In this document: piece by piece, positions 38,998 through 48,970 of the stretch
How the letters are laid out: each line of letters begins with the position of its first letter
Position numbering within the stretch: the first letter of the stretch is position 1
Assembly: GCA_016193365.1 (NCBI GenBank)
Contig: JACPSI010000120.1
Span: forward strand, 2,640-66,639
Direction: 5' to 3'
Length of the DNA: 64,000 nucleotides
DNA from: Ignavibacteriales bacterium
GTDB taxonomy: Bacteria; Bacteroidota; Ignavibacteria; UBA10030
Made by a program: the position numbers and the translations under genes
The notes under the pieces: generated by a model
Database searches by the model: none
Told to the model about the DNA's origin: nothing
The model's input: the letters and a program-made list of their open reading frames with translations, nothing else

Positions 38998-40251
38998 TCA
39001 GGAGGCCTTCTCTTCGTTTTTTAATTCACCCTCCAGTGCTTTCACGCGCTCGTTCATCGATTTCACTTCTTCCGTTAGTGCGTGCTTCTCGTGCGCAAGT
39101 TTGACGATGGGGAATAAGAGAAGGCTTATGGCCAATGTCACGAGCGGATACAGCGGATCGAGAATGATGTTGTGCGACGCGATCAGCCAGCGGCAATAGA
39201 ACAGGAAGGCAACGCCGGAAAGAAGCAAACCGACCAGAATTCTTCCCGTGGGAAAGAAAAACAACAGTATGGCGCTCCCGCACAGAAACGTCGTCATCAG
39301 AAGGATTTCCCAACTGTCTGTTCGAACGAAAAAGTTGTCATTCATGATTGAATTAATAATGTACCAAACCTTCCGGCCCAGCGTCGGCCACACAAAAGTT
39401 CTGAAATCAATCAATTCAATGACAACAATCTTTCCACGGTAAATCTCCAGGGAGGATTTTTTTCCACTCCCGTTGTATTTCAACGCAGTAGTCATCATGT
39501 TGGCTTCAACGTGCGCCATTTCTTCCCACGGTTCACGAAATTCCTTCCATCCTTTCGCATAAGCAATACCTTCTCCCCAGAGCGGAATCTTGTGTGAGCC
39601 GATTCGGAATTCGTCATCGCTGAGCTGGACGGCATCCTCTCCCGTTCCAAGAAAGCGCATGATCGCCTGAATTGTCGCATCATACATCAGCTGTCCTTCC
39701 CAAGTATGCCTGACTCCGTAGGGAACGAATTCATAGTAATCCTGGGGACCAGAGCCGGGTATCGTCAGGGGCCCCCACATACTCGTCAGCGAATCGGCGG
39801 CCCGATAACCCGCCACTGGTTCTCCGCTCCACCACGACCCGCGGTCCATCAGTTCCACTGGCCGCACATCAGACCACCACTTGTTGCCGAGAATAACTAT
39901 CCCGGTTTTTTTCATCCTCTCCAGAGATTTCATATTCTCGGGAGTCCTCTCGATACCATCCTTGAAAGGGAAAAGGACAATTTTGGCGTCGGACTTCTTA
40001 AGATCCTCTGCGAGGTCTGCACACCTCTGGATTAGGGTTCTCTGATCAAGGTCGAATGCGGTGAAGTACAAAAGCGATGCTGGTTTTTCGCCCTTAAGGA
40101 CTTCCGGATACCGCCAATCCTTCGGGGCAGTCGCCATTGCGCTATATTTGAGCTCCCAGGCTCTGAAGGCATGCAATGCCGAAACTGTCGATGCGACGAT
40201 AAAAATTACCATTCCAGCAAGGAAGAATTTTATCGCCAGGAGCGGTCTCAT
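38998..40251 (-). CDS. membrane protein with periplasmic sensor-like domain (CHASE2-like topology) and C-terminal coiled coil
   Basis: Topology is TM - ~270-aa extracytoplasmic domain - 4 TM - coiled coil (EEVKSMNERVKALEGELKNEE). No enzymatic output domain. The CHASE2 assignment rests on topology only. Confidence 0.4.
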   Translation of the reverse strand: MRPLLAIKFFLAGMVIFIVASTVSALHAFRAWELKYSAMATAPKDWRYPEVLKGEKPASLLYFTAFDLDQRTLIQRCADLAEDLKKSDAKIVLFPFKDGIERTPENMKSLERMKKTGIVILGNKWWSDVRPVELMDRGSWWSGEPVAGYRAADSLTSMWGPLTIPGSGPQDYYEFVPYGVRHTWEGQLMYDATIQAIMRFLGTGEDAVQLSDDEFRIGSHKIPLWGEGIAYAKGWKEFREPWEEMAHVEANMMTTALKYNGSGKKSSLEIYRGKIVVIELIDFRTFVWPTLGRKVWYIINSIMNDNFFVRTDSWEILLMTTFLCGSAILLFFFPTGRILVGLLLSGVAFLFYCRWLIASHNIILDPLYPLVTLAISLLLFPIVKLAHEKHALTEEVKSMNERVKALEGELKNEEKAS

Positions 40252-40823
40252 GTGTGGATTTCCATTGATGACTTCTTCTTATTTCTACGGAGCCGCCGGG
40301 TAAGAGATGCAGCCGTTATTGCCGCTGCAGTGGGAATGCCGATCCAGATAAGTTCCGAACGAATGACCCGCCAACCTTCTGGGCCGAAAAATCGCGTCAA
40401 CCCGCCGATAGGCGCAACTTCTATCGGCCTCCAAGGAAAGAAATATCTTTGTGAGCTGAACGGCACAAAGAAACCAACGCCATATCCGCCGTACGTAAGC
40501 GCGTCCAGCAATCCATGGGATGCGGTCACAAGAGAGAAAAAAGCTGCATACCGCCACCATTGCGGTGAATACTTTGGGATATCGCGAAAAAAGAGGAGTG
40601 TGACAGAAAAGCCGAGAATGACCGCAAACAAAATTGAGTGCGAGAACCCCCGATGGCCAAACATGTGGCCGTAGGGAACATCGAAGTAGAAAAGAATTAC
40701 ATCGCCGTCCGGGATCAATGAACAATAAGCTGCAAGCAGCCAAAACCTGAGGTCCTGTCTTTCTTGTGAAAAGAGCTTTCCAAACCCCACGGAGGCGATC
40801 GTATGGCCAATAATGGACGGCAT
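40248..40823 (-). CDS. YdjM-like membrane-bound metal-dependent hydrolase family protein (DUF457)
   Basis: MFGHRGFSHS and HGLLDAL His motifs in a four-TM protein. Overlaps the downstream gene by ATGA. Confidence 0.6.
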   Translation of the reverse strand: MPSIIGHTIASVGFGKLFSQERQDLRFWLLAAYCSLIPDGDVILFYFDVPYGHMFGHRGFSHSILFAVILGFSVTLLFFRDIPKYSPQWWRYAAFFSLVTASHGLLDALTYGGYGVGFFVPFSSQRYFFPWRPIEVAPIGGLTRFFGPEGWRVIRSELIWIGIPTAAAITAASLTRRLRRNKKKSSMEIHT

Positions 40824-42225
40824 CTATTGTACCTTCACCACCACGACTGTCGTATCATCGTGCTGTTCAACATTTTTCGTAAACAATCTGATATCGTGAA
40901 CAATGGCATCCCTCAGCTCCTTTGCTGTTGACCCATGATTCTCTTTCGTGAGGCTTTCAAACCGCTCGAAACCATACAGTTGATTGTCATTGTTCATCGC
41001 TTCCGGCACGCCATCGGTGTAGAACACGACGGTATCGCCTCTTCGCAGCCTCATGGTGATTTCCTTGTACTCAAGCTCTTGTTTTACACCGAGCGGCAAT
41101 CGCGCGCCTTTTGTCCTGATATAGCTTACCATTCCATTGCGAATCAGAAGAGGTTGTGATTGCCCGGCGCTCGAGTAGGTGAGATTCTTTGTCTTGAGAT
41201 CGACCGTGGCAAACGAAAGAGCTGTAAATACGCGTTTGTCGGACCTCAGATACAGCGGCCGGTTAAGGCGGGCAAGAATTTCTCTTGGGCTTTGATTCCG
41301 CAGCGCTTCACTGTAGAGCATACCGCTCGTCATCACGGCCGTCATCGCAGCTTTCATGGCTTTTCCCGACACATCGGCCAACGTAAGGCCAAGTTTCGTT
41401 TTCTTCCTGTCGAGCCAGACATAGTCATAAAAATCTCCGCCCACTTCGCTGGCGGGAACGCAAATCCCTGAAATGTCAAAAACCTCTCACGACGAGGTCC
41501 TCATTCGGCATAAGCCCCATTTGCATGTCGTGAGCGATTCTCAGCTCTTCTTTGGCTCCACTTTTTTCCAGAACTTCCGCGTAAATCACAAGAGAAATGA
41601 CCACGAGCGAGCCCGCGGTGAGAAACCATACGGTGATTTTTATTGTGGGCGAGAACGTCATCGGAGGATATAAAAGAAAAAGCCCAAAACCGGTGAGCAT
41701 ATATGAAATTGCGTAGACCCAACGCCTATCGGTAGAGATTTCGTTGAAGATCGCCATTCCAAAATCACTCACCATAATTTTAGCAGCATCTTTCAGTCTG
41801 AGCCTTGACCCTTTTTGTTTTAACTCACGGATCCAGATCTTACTTTTTTTCCCAAGCCTATAGAATGGCCAGGCGACCACCGCATACAGAATCGGGAACA
41901 ACAAGGATTGCCTGAGGATTGCAAATATCGTGTTTGAATCTCTCACGACCTCAGATGTCAATGGAACCAACCCTGCTGCACCAACGCCTCCCACAATCGC
42001 ATGCAAACCCCAAAGGAGATTCTTTTTTCTTCGTATAGCCTCAGTCTGGTAACCGACAAAACCGCTTGCAAGTATCATCAGAACAACAAGGCTTGGAGCA
42101 AGCATCATACCGACTGTAGGATTTAATCGCATATCCGACATCTTGACGAATCTCACCAACGCTAACAAACCCCACCAACCCATTGTTGCGACATATACGC
42201 CAGACCAGTATTTAGACTTAAACAT
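40824..42225 (-). pseudogene. frameshifted paralog of the adjacent sensor-PP2C phosphatase (TM sensor part 41476..42225, PP2C part 40824..41444 and continuing in frame upstream)
   Basis: The upstream ORF ends ..MPNEDLVVRGF* and the -1 frame continues YDISGICVPASEVGGDFYDYVWLD. The paralog reads MPSEDPKVPGYDIAGVCVPASEVGGDFYDYLWLD. The shift lies in an A5/T5 homopolymer at 41478-41482. Confidence 0.6.
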
Positions 42226-42226
42226 G

Positions 42227-44524
42227 CTAATCCACTTTCACCACAACGACAGTCATATCATCATGCTGCGGTGCTGTCCCGGCGAATGCGCGAACATCAT
42301 CGAGAATCCTATCCCTAACATCACGAGCCGTTCCGTTGGCTTCTTTAACGCATCTTTCGAGGCGATCGAAACCATACATTTCTTGCTTGCTGTTCATCGC
42401 CTCAGAAATGCCGTCCGTGTACAAAATTAATGTATTACCTTTCTTCAATTTCACCCGGATTTGCTTGTATCGAACTTGTTCTTTCAGTCCAAGAGGTAGC
42501 CGAACGCCGGGCGGCTTAAGATAAGAGAAAGATCCGTTGAGCGTAATGAGAGGAGCCATTTGTCCGGCGCTCGAGTAGGTTAACAACTTCGCTTTTGTAT
42601 TAATCACAGAGAATGACAAAGCTGTGAAGATACGCTTATCAGACCGCAGGTACAAAGTTCTATTGACTCTAGCAAGAATCAACTTTGCACTTTGACTCTT
42701 TTCAGCCTCGCTGTACAACATCCCGCTCGTCATTACGGCTGTCATTGCTGCTTTCATTGCCTTTCCCGACACGTCAGCCACGGCAATGCCAAGTTTTGTC
42801 TGTTTCCTATCCAGCCAGAGGTAATCGTAAAAATCTCCTCCCACTTCCGAAGCGGGAACACAGACCCCCGCGATATCGTAGCCCGGAACTTTTGGGTCTT
42901 CTGAGGGCATCAATCCAAATTGCATTTCCCTCGCCGTTTTGAGTTCTGTTGCAAGACGAGTCCGTTCTTCCAAATTCTCTGATCGTTCTCGGCTCAGTTC
43001 GTATGGAAATAATATCACAGTGAAGAAACCTATTCCAAAAATCATAGGTGTTAAAAAAAGAATAACCGATGTTTCCACGTAGACAAGGAGCGCAAGCCCG
43101 AATGCGAAAAGGTTTATCAGGAGTGAAAGTCCAAGCCCAACCCATGCACGCATGCGGTAATAACACCATGCATTGATCAGAAGCAGAACTAATCCAATTA
43201 ACCCTGTAATTCTCGATGAAACAATTTTCCGAAACTCGGCATGCTCCGCGCTCACGAGAATTCGTGCGAACATTCCCCCGAGGGAGAGATCATTTCCGGC
43301 AAGGATGCTTGAATACTTTGCGAGGAAGTTGACGATAATTGTCTTCCGCCCTAGACTGTCTAACGACCATTGGCTGGACCGTCTCAGTACTGAGTCCACA
43401 CCCTTACCAGGGACAACTCTGTATTCTGACCATTTCCAGCTCCAGCTGTTCGCCGTGAAGTTCCAAGTATTGCCTTGTGCATCCGCTGATGCATCAAGCC
43501 ATGGATGTCTTGAATATTCTTCAGCAAGGAGGAGATGTTCCTCGTTTTTGAATTTCTCAAAGGATTTGGATGTGATCGTTCCATTTCGTTCTGCCGCAAG
43601 CAGAAATGGTGCAGTTAAGGCATCGTTGTCATCAAATATCCGGCCGACGGGCGCTCTCCAAAAAAATCCGCCTGCTGCAAATGTGAGATTGGAGTACATT
43701 TTGGATGTTCGTACATAACTGGAAACGCCCTCACTTATCGCCAGCAAAATCTTTGAATCCGGACGCGAGATTGTGTTTAGGCTAGTCAAAAACTCATCTT
43801 GCAGCTCATCGACAGAAGGAATTACGACAATCCTCGCTGGATTGTAGCTATGAAGAAATCGTACCAGATCCCAGTTCTGTACTCCTCGGACCTCTACTAC
43901 AACGAGATCGGTTTCGTGAGTCGGCCTGTATCCCCGAAGGTCCGTGAACCATTCATAAGATGGTAGGATACTCAACAAGTTCAGAGGGGTATTAGAAACA
44001 AGAAATGGAGCAAGAGGAAGAAATCCTGCGATCAATGCTATGGTAAGAACGGTTTTACGTGGTCCAGCTTTTGAACGCAACCGTTTCACGATTGGTTGAA
44101 TTGCTAGCACAACAATCAGGACTATAAGTGCCAACAATGGTACAATTCCAAATATTGCCAGGAAATCAGTGGGACGAACTACATATGCTCTTTCATTGAC
44201 TCCAAATATTGGCTGCACGAGACGCGCCATGACGAATGCCACCGAAAGGGCCACAAGAGCAAAAAACAACTGCGCGGCGCGGCTTCTTAGACTCTTCAGA
44301 TCAGGAGGATCGATGATCCTTGCGCGGTATCCGACCGTTACAAGTGCAGCATGAAGTCCGACTGCCAAAAGATTGATGCCTATAGAATAGGCGAGTAGCG
44401 CAAGAGACCAACCGGAGCCCTTCGCGAGAACAAACTGGTGCAGGCTAAACGTCCAAGTCACAATACCGAGAACAATACCGGCACCTGTTAGCACAAGAAT
44501 TTGGCTACGCAATTCTCTTGGCAA
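42227..44524 (-). CDS. multi-TM sensor protein fused to PP2C-type (SpoIIE/RsbU-like) serine phosphatase
   Basis: 765 aa with about 6 TM helices, an extracytoplasmic domain, 3-4 more TM helices, and a C-terminal PP2C domain (VGGDFYDY, DVSGKAMKAA, YTDGISEA, QHDDMTVVVVK). Confidence 0.75.
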   Translation of the reverse strand: MPRELRSQILVLTGAGIVLGIVTWTFSLHQFVLAKGSGWSLALLAYSIGINLLAVGLHAALVTVGYRARIIDPPDLKSLRSRAAQLFFALVALSVAFVMARLVQPIFGVNERAYVVRPTDFLAIFGIVPLLALIVLIVVLAIQPIVKRLRSKAGPRKTVLTIALIAGFLPLAPFLVSNTPLNLLSILPSYEWFTDLRGYRPTHETDLVVVEVRGVQNWDLVRFLHSYNPARIVVIPSVDELQDEFLTSLNTISRPDSKILLAISEGVSSYVRTSKMYSNLTFAAGGFFWRAPVGRIFDDNDALTAPFLLAAERNGTITSKSFEKFKNEEHLLLAEEYSRHPWLDASADAQGNTWNFTANSWSWKWSEYRVVPGKGVDSVLRRSSQWSLDSLGRKTIIVNFLAKYSSILAGNDLSLGGMFARILVSAEHAEFRKIVSSRITGLIGLVLLLINAWCYYRMRAWVGLGLSLLINLFAFGLALLVYVETSVILFLTPMIFGIGFFTVILFPYELSRERSENLEERTRLATELKTAREMQFGLMPSEDPKVPGYDIAGVCVPASEVGGDFYDYLWLDRKQTKLGIAVADVSGKAMKAAMTAVMTSGMLYSEAEKSQSAKLILARVNRTLYLRSDKRIFTALSFSVINTKAKLLTYSSAGQMAPLITLNGSFSYLKPPGVRLPLGLKEQVRYKQIRVKLKKGNTLILYTDGISEAMNSKQEMYGFDRLERCVKEANGTARDVRDRILDDVRAFAGTAPQHDDMTVVVVKVD

Positions 44525-44614
44525 ACCCCGCTCCCTCCAATTTTATTTGTAACATTCCAAGGCTTTAAATGATTTATTGAGAGACCGTGGATTGTGGGAT
44601 GAAGCTTTAGGACG

Positions 44615-44959
44615 TCACCAGCCCTTCAGTGCATCTTCTTCCGTCTCGTGAATGCCGAGATGCTCCGTGAGTCCAATGATATCGAAGACTTTTCGCATGT
44701 GGGAGGAAAGGCCGGTTGCGCGGAGGGATTGTTTTTTTTGTTCGCATTCAAGTGCGAGAGAAATGATGACGCGGAGGCCCGCGCTGTTGATGAAGGTTTC
44801 AGGATGGAATTTGAGCAGGATGTTTTTGGCGCGTTTTGCAGTTATGTCATGATACGCGCCAAGGATTGCTTCTTCTGACTGGTCGGAGATGTCCCCGGTC
44901 ATTTCAATGGTGGCGGTCTTCTTACCGACGGCCGATGAGACTTTGGTAGGATTCGCCAT
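44615..44959 (-). CDS. STAS-domain protein (anti-sigma-factor antagonist SpoIIAA/RsbV-like)
   Basis: 114 aa. FINSAGLRVII with the conserved phosphorylatable Ser context. Confidence 0.7.
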   Translation of the reverse strand: MANPTKVSSAVGKKTATIEMTGDISDQSEEAILGAYHDITAKRAKNILLKFHPETFINSAGLRVIISLALECEQKKQSLRATGLSSHMRKVFDIIGLTEHLGIHETEEDALKGW

Positions 44960-44976
44960 GCAGCCTCCCTGACAGG

Positions 44977-45318
44977 CTACTGCTTGTAGCTTGCGACCGC
45001 CCGTTCGACGGTCTCATACTCCTTGAAAACTTTGACCAACTGGGTAACAACAAGAACGCTCTCAACTTTGTCAGTCAATGCAGCCAGACGCAAATCCCCG
45101 CCTTTGTTTTTCACTGAGGTGAGAGAGGCAATCAAAGTTCCCAGGCCGGAACTGTTGATCCACCGGACGCCTTTGAGGTCGAGCACCATTTTTTTGAATC
45201 CTTCTTGCAGTAGGCCGTAGATCTTGTCGCGGAGCTCCGTCGTGTGGGGCTCACCCATGAGGTTACCCTTCAGGGATATAACGGCAACATCTCCGTGCAT
45301 TTTTTCTTTGATCGTCAT
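44977..45318 (-). CDS. STAS-domain protein (anti-sigma-factor antagonist SpoIIAA/RsbV-like)
   Basis: 113 aa. INSSGLGTLI (DSSGLG-type phospho-Ser motif). Confidence 0.8.
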   Translation of the reverse strand: MTIKEKMHGDVAVISLKGNLMGEPHTTELRDKIYGLLQEGFKKMVLDLKGVRWINSSGLGTLIASLTSVKNKGGDLRLAALTDKVESVLVVTQLVKVFKEYETVERAVASYKQ

Positions 45319-45450
45319 GACAACACCTCCAAAGATACATTGTCATAGGAGCATGAACGCTACAGCGAGCAATGGTACAACGTTTTTGGCCGATTGTCAA
45401 CGGTCAGCGCCGGGTGAGCTTCTCTTTCCGACTTGGTTTCATCCCTTTCG

Positions 45451-46689
45451 CTAAAACCTGCTGATATCCCTTCCAAAAACCAGAGTCTTGAACCAGTCGA
45501 AGACAACGAGGACCTTGTTTTTGAAACTTACGAGTCGCGTCAGGTATGCCGACCTCCAGAACAACCACGTGGAAAACCCTTTGCCTTTCACAGCAGCAAG
45601 ATCCGCCAGCGCCCGGTTACTTCCTACGTAGGCAAGCATCCCATAGTGACGATACTGAAAAGGTTTTACGGGAAGGCCTCGTTCTCTTTTCGAAAGCATT
45701 TGAGCTAGATACTTTCCTTCCTGCTGGGCGACCTGCGCCGTCGCTGGAAAGTTTTGGCCTCTCGGCGTTGCACAGTCGCCCAGGGCATACAGTCCTTGTG
45801 CGCCTGAAACCTGAAAAAAACCGTCGGTTTGAAGCCGGGAGAATGAATCCTTTTCCAGCGTTAACGTTTTGACCAAGGGTTGCGGACCAACACCGGCCGT
45901 CCACACAACGAGCCCGTAGGGAATTCTTGTTTTGTCCTTTAAATAAATGTTCTTAGCGTCTATTTTAGTAACCAGCGAGCCTGTACGCAGTTGGATATTC
46001 TGTCGTTTAAAGAGCCGCGCAGTGTAATCGCTGAGCGCAGCGTCGAATGTGCTGAGAATGTGTTCTGTCGCCTCAAGCAGCAGAATGCTGACTTTTGCCG
46101 AAAGCTCACGGTAGATTCTTCGGATATCTTCTTCAAGGAAATCGTGCACCTCCGCCGCAAACTCGACTCCCGTTGGCCCGCCGCCCACAACAACAAAGTG
46201 GAGCAAACGGTCCTGTTCCTCACTCGAAACCATCGGTTGCGCTGCCTGCTCAAAGCATTCGACAATTCTTTGCCGAATTGCGCGTGCATCCGATAATTCC
46301 TTGAGGAAAAGGGCGTGTTCCTTCACGCCCGGGACTCCATAGGTGTTTACGGAAGCGCCCACGGCCATGACAAGTATATCGTAGTTCAGCTTGAACTCTT
46401 TTCTGTCAAACTGTCCCTCGCATCGTATGACACGTTTCTTGACATCAATAGCGGTGCATTCGGCCTGGAAATACTCGACGTTCGAGCGGACAGAGCGAAT
46501 GGGTTCGATGATGCTTCGAAATTCAATCGTCCCGACCGTTGTGCTCGGCAACAGCGGCGTGAAAATAAAGTGGTTCCGCGGGCTGACTACTGTCACGTTG
46601 AGGAGATCGAGGTCGATGTTCTTGAGAAAACTCAGGGCAGCGAACCCCGAGCCCAGCACGACAACCTTCTTTTTTGGAGTTGATTTCAT
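45451..46689 (-). CDS. ndh: type II NADH:quinone oxidoreductase (NDH-2) / pyridine nucleotide-disulfide oxidoreductase family
   Basis: Two Rossmann motifs (VVVLGSGFAAL; HFVVVGGGPTGVEFA). Size about 410 aa. C-terminal membrane-anchoring helix. Start taken at MKSTPKKK. Confidence 0.8.
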   Translation of the reverse strand: MKSTPKKKVVVLGSGFAALSFLKNIDLDLLNVTVVSPRNHFIFTPLLPSTTVGTIEFRSIIEPIRSVRSNVEYFQAECTAIDVKKRVIRCEGQFDRKEFKLNYDILVMAVGASVNTYGVPGVKEHALFLKELSDARAIRQRIVECFEQAAQPMVSSEEQDRLLHFVVVGGGPTGVEFAAEVHDFLEEDIRRIYRELSAKVSILLLEATEHILSTFDAALSDYTARLFKRQNIQLRTGSLVTKIDAKNIYLKDKTRIPYGLVVWTAGVGPQPLVKTLTLEKDSFSRLQTDGFFQVSGAQGLYALGDCATPRGQNFPATAQVAQQEGKYLAQMLSKRERGLPVKPFQYRHYGMLAYVGSNRALADLAAVKGKGFSTWLFWRSAYLTRLVSFKNKVLVVFDWFKTLVFGRDISRF

Positions 46690-46778
46690 CAGAGGCGCGG
46701 TCAATGTACCAAATAACTCTACTTCGTGCAAAGCACTTTCAGGAAGTTTTTTGTATGATGCGATAATTCCAATACTTT

Positions 46779-47600
46779 ATGATGAACGAAATTCACATCA
46801 GGAATCTGGACGACCCCTCGCTTCAACCTTACCGGACTCTGAGACAGGCTGTTGAGCACCGGAAGAAGGGGATCTTCGTCGCTGAGGGCGAAAAGGTTGT
46901 GCGGCGATTACTTGAAAGCGATGTGAACGTCGTTTCAACCCTTCTGACACCGCAGTGGCTTGCAACGTACAGGAATTCGATTGAATCTCGAAGGGAGAAC
47001 ATCGAGGTCTTTGTGGCAGAGAAGAAACTGCTGGAGACTATCGTCGGGTTTCCCTTGCATCAGGGGATTATGGCCGTGGGAAAAATCCCGATGCCGGGAA
47101 CCCTCGAGGAGATTCTGGCACGAAATGTACGGCCTCATTTTTTCGTAGCAGTCGACGGGTTGACGAACTCGGAAAACCTTGGTGTTCTCGTGCGCAATTG
47201 TGCTGCGTTCGGTGTTCAGGCTTTACTTGTCGGCGAAACCTCGAGCAGTCCGTATCTGCGAAGGGCAGTCAGAAATTCCATGGGGGCGGTCTTCAAACTT
47301 CCGGTCATTGAATGCTCAAGCCTGACGGACTCGCTTGTAGCATTGAAGCAAAACCATGATACACGTGTGATTGCGGCTCATCCGCACGCAGAACAGAAAA
47401 CCCCGGCAAGGGCAGATTTGAAACAGAATTGCTGCCTGGTGTTCGGCAGCGAAGGAAACGGCGTTTCTTCTCGCGTGCTTGAGTGTTGCGACGACATTGT
47501 TGCTGTCCCGATGGAAAACAGCATCGATTCCCTTAACGTGGCCAGCGCAAGCGCGGTGTTTTTGTACGAGGTGAGGAGACAGCGTCAGGAAAAAGAGTGA
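46779..47600 (+). CDS. TrmH/SpoU-family RNA 2'-O-methyltransferase (RlmB-like)
   Basis: SPOUT C-terminal motifs (VFGSEGNGVS; SLNVASASAVFLYE) plus an N-terminal L30e-like substrate-binding domain. Confidence 0.8.
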   Translation: MMNEIHIRNLDDPSLQPYRTLRQAVEHRKKGIFVAEGEKVVRRLLESDVNVVSTLLTPQWLATYRNSIESRRENIEVFVAEKKLLETIVGFPLHQGIMAVGKIPMPGTLEEILARNVRPHFFVAVDGLTNSENLGVLVRNCAAFGVQALLVGETSSSPYLRRAVRNSMGAVFKLPVIECSSLTDSLVALKQNHDTRVIAAHPHAEQKTPARADLKQNCCLVFGSEGNGVSSRVLECCDDIVAVPMENSIDSLNVASASAVFLYEVRRQRQEKE

Positions 47601-47640
47601 ATAAACAATATCGAACAGAAAGAACTTCGAATGACGAAGT

Positions 47641-47871
47641 TCAGAGCTTTGGCTCGGGCGGGGGAAGGGCTCGGGCTTTGATTTCTGAACGAAAGCCAAT
47701 TTCTTTGTGTGTACTGTCGCAAAACGGTTTATCCTTGCTGTGGCCGCACCGGCAAAGAGCTATCCGAGTCCTGCCTGCGAGATCGAACTTGTTCCCCTCC
47801 TTGTCGAACAACTCAAAATCGCCTTCCACCCGAATGCTTCCGTCCGTTCGCACCGTGATTTTTGTCGACAT
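47641..47871 (-). CDS. CDGSH-type iron-sulfur domain protein
   Basis: CRCGHSKDKPFCDSTH matches C-x-C-x2-S-x3-P-x-C-D-[GS]-[ST]-H. Confidence 0.75.
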   Translation of the reverse strand: MSTKITVRTDGSIRVEGDFELFDKEGNKFDLAGRTRIALCRCGHSKDKPFCDSTHKEIGFRSEIKARALPPPEPKL

Positions 47872-47887
47872 GTCAACGTCTCCGTCT

Positions 47888-48457
47888 TCAATGAGAATTC
47901 TGTTTGTTGTTTGTTTTCACTTTGAAATCGATCCACACCTCTGTCGTCTCCCACATAATTTTCAGGACGCCGGATGTCGTGTTGGTTTTTGCCAATTCAA
48001 TCGTGAGTTTCTCGACCGGCTCTTTCAACGTGCGCTTTTTCAACGGTAGCCGGACAAGGTCGTACTCCGGATTGTAGACCGTCCCCCACTGTCCTGTCTG
48101 TTTGTTGATCATGATTTTCCATTGTGTTTCTGAGGGCAAGGTGTACAACGTATATTCGCCTTTCGGAATGAGGCTGTCCCCCAAGACGAGGTCTGCTTCT
48201 GTTTTAAACGACGTTGCCTCGTTTGCTCCGGTGCGCCACCACTGGTTGAACGGTCGTAACCCTCCAAAAATTTTCCTTCCTCTCATCGACGGGCGGCCAT
48301 AGTCAATGAAAATGCGTTTTCCTGCGATTCTCACCTCGACGGAATCGCGCGGGCTGAGAATGGGTTGTTGCGCCGTAGAGAGAGAACTACATATTATTGA
48401 CGCGGCAGCAATAATGGCCGAAAAAGAGATGTTCATCATCGTTCGAGAACTAGTCAT
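47888..48457 (-). CDS. secreted DUF2911-like protein
   Basis: Signal peptide. YGRP...GRKIFGGL...WRTGANEAT pattern recalled for DUF2911. Overlaps the macro gene start by 8 nt. Confidence 0.45.
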   Translation of the reverse strand: MTSSRTMMNISFSAIIAAASIICSSLSTAQQPILSPRDSVEVRIAGKRIFIDYGRPSMRGRKIFGGLRPFNQWWRTGANEATSFKTEADLVLGDSLIPKGEYTLYTLPSETQWKIMINKQTGQWGTVYNPEYDLVRLPLKKRTLKEPVEKLTIELAKTNTTSGVLKIMWETTEVWIDFKVKTNNKQNSH

Positions 48458-48968
48458 TGATTAATTGTTTCTGATTTTCAAGATAAACGTCATACGTATG
48501 CTGGTCGAAGCAAACAACCGTCACCTTTTCTAATGCTTCATTCCTGTGAAAGGCATTTTGGATTTCTTGAAGAGCGATGGTGGATGCCTTCTCAACAGGA
48601 AAACCGTATGCTCCCGTACTAATGGAGGGAAATGCCAATGTTCTCATACCGTGTAGCTCTGCCAATTCGAACGAAGAGCGATAACAACTCGCCAACAGAA
48701 TATCTTCGTTATGACTTCCTCCTTGCCAGACTGGTCCCACGGTATGAATGACATATTTCGACGGCAGGTTGTAGCCCTTTGTGATTTTTGCGTTCCCTGT
48801 GTCGCATCCGCCCAGTTTCATGCACTCTTCACGCAACTTCGGGCCAGCGGCTCGATGAATAGCCCCGTCAACCCCTCCGCCACCCAGCAGAGAATTGTTC
48901 GCCGCGTTGACGATGGCATCAACGACGAGCCGGGTAATGTCGCCCCTGATGATTTCGAGTTGTCCCAC
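48450..48968 (-). CDS. ymdB: macro-domain protein (O-acetyl-ADP-ribose deacetylase, YmdB-like)
   Basis: [34 protein letters not shown] and [13 protein letters not shown] motifs. Confidence 0.85.
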   Translation of the reverse strand: MGQLEIIRGDITRLVVDAIVNAANNSLLGGGGVDGAIHRAAGPKLREECMKLGGCDTGNAKITKGYNLPSKYVIHTVGPVWQGGSHNEDILLASCYRSSFELAELHGMRTLAFPSISTGAYGFPVEKASTIALQEIQNAFHRNEALEKVTVVCFDQHTYDVYLENQKQLIND

Positions 48969-48970
48969 GT

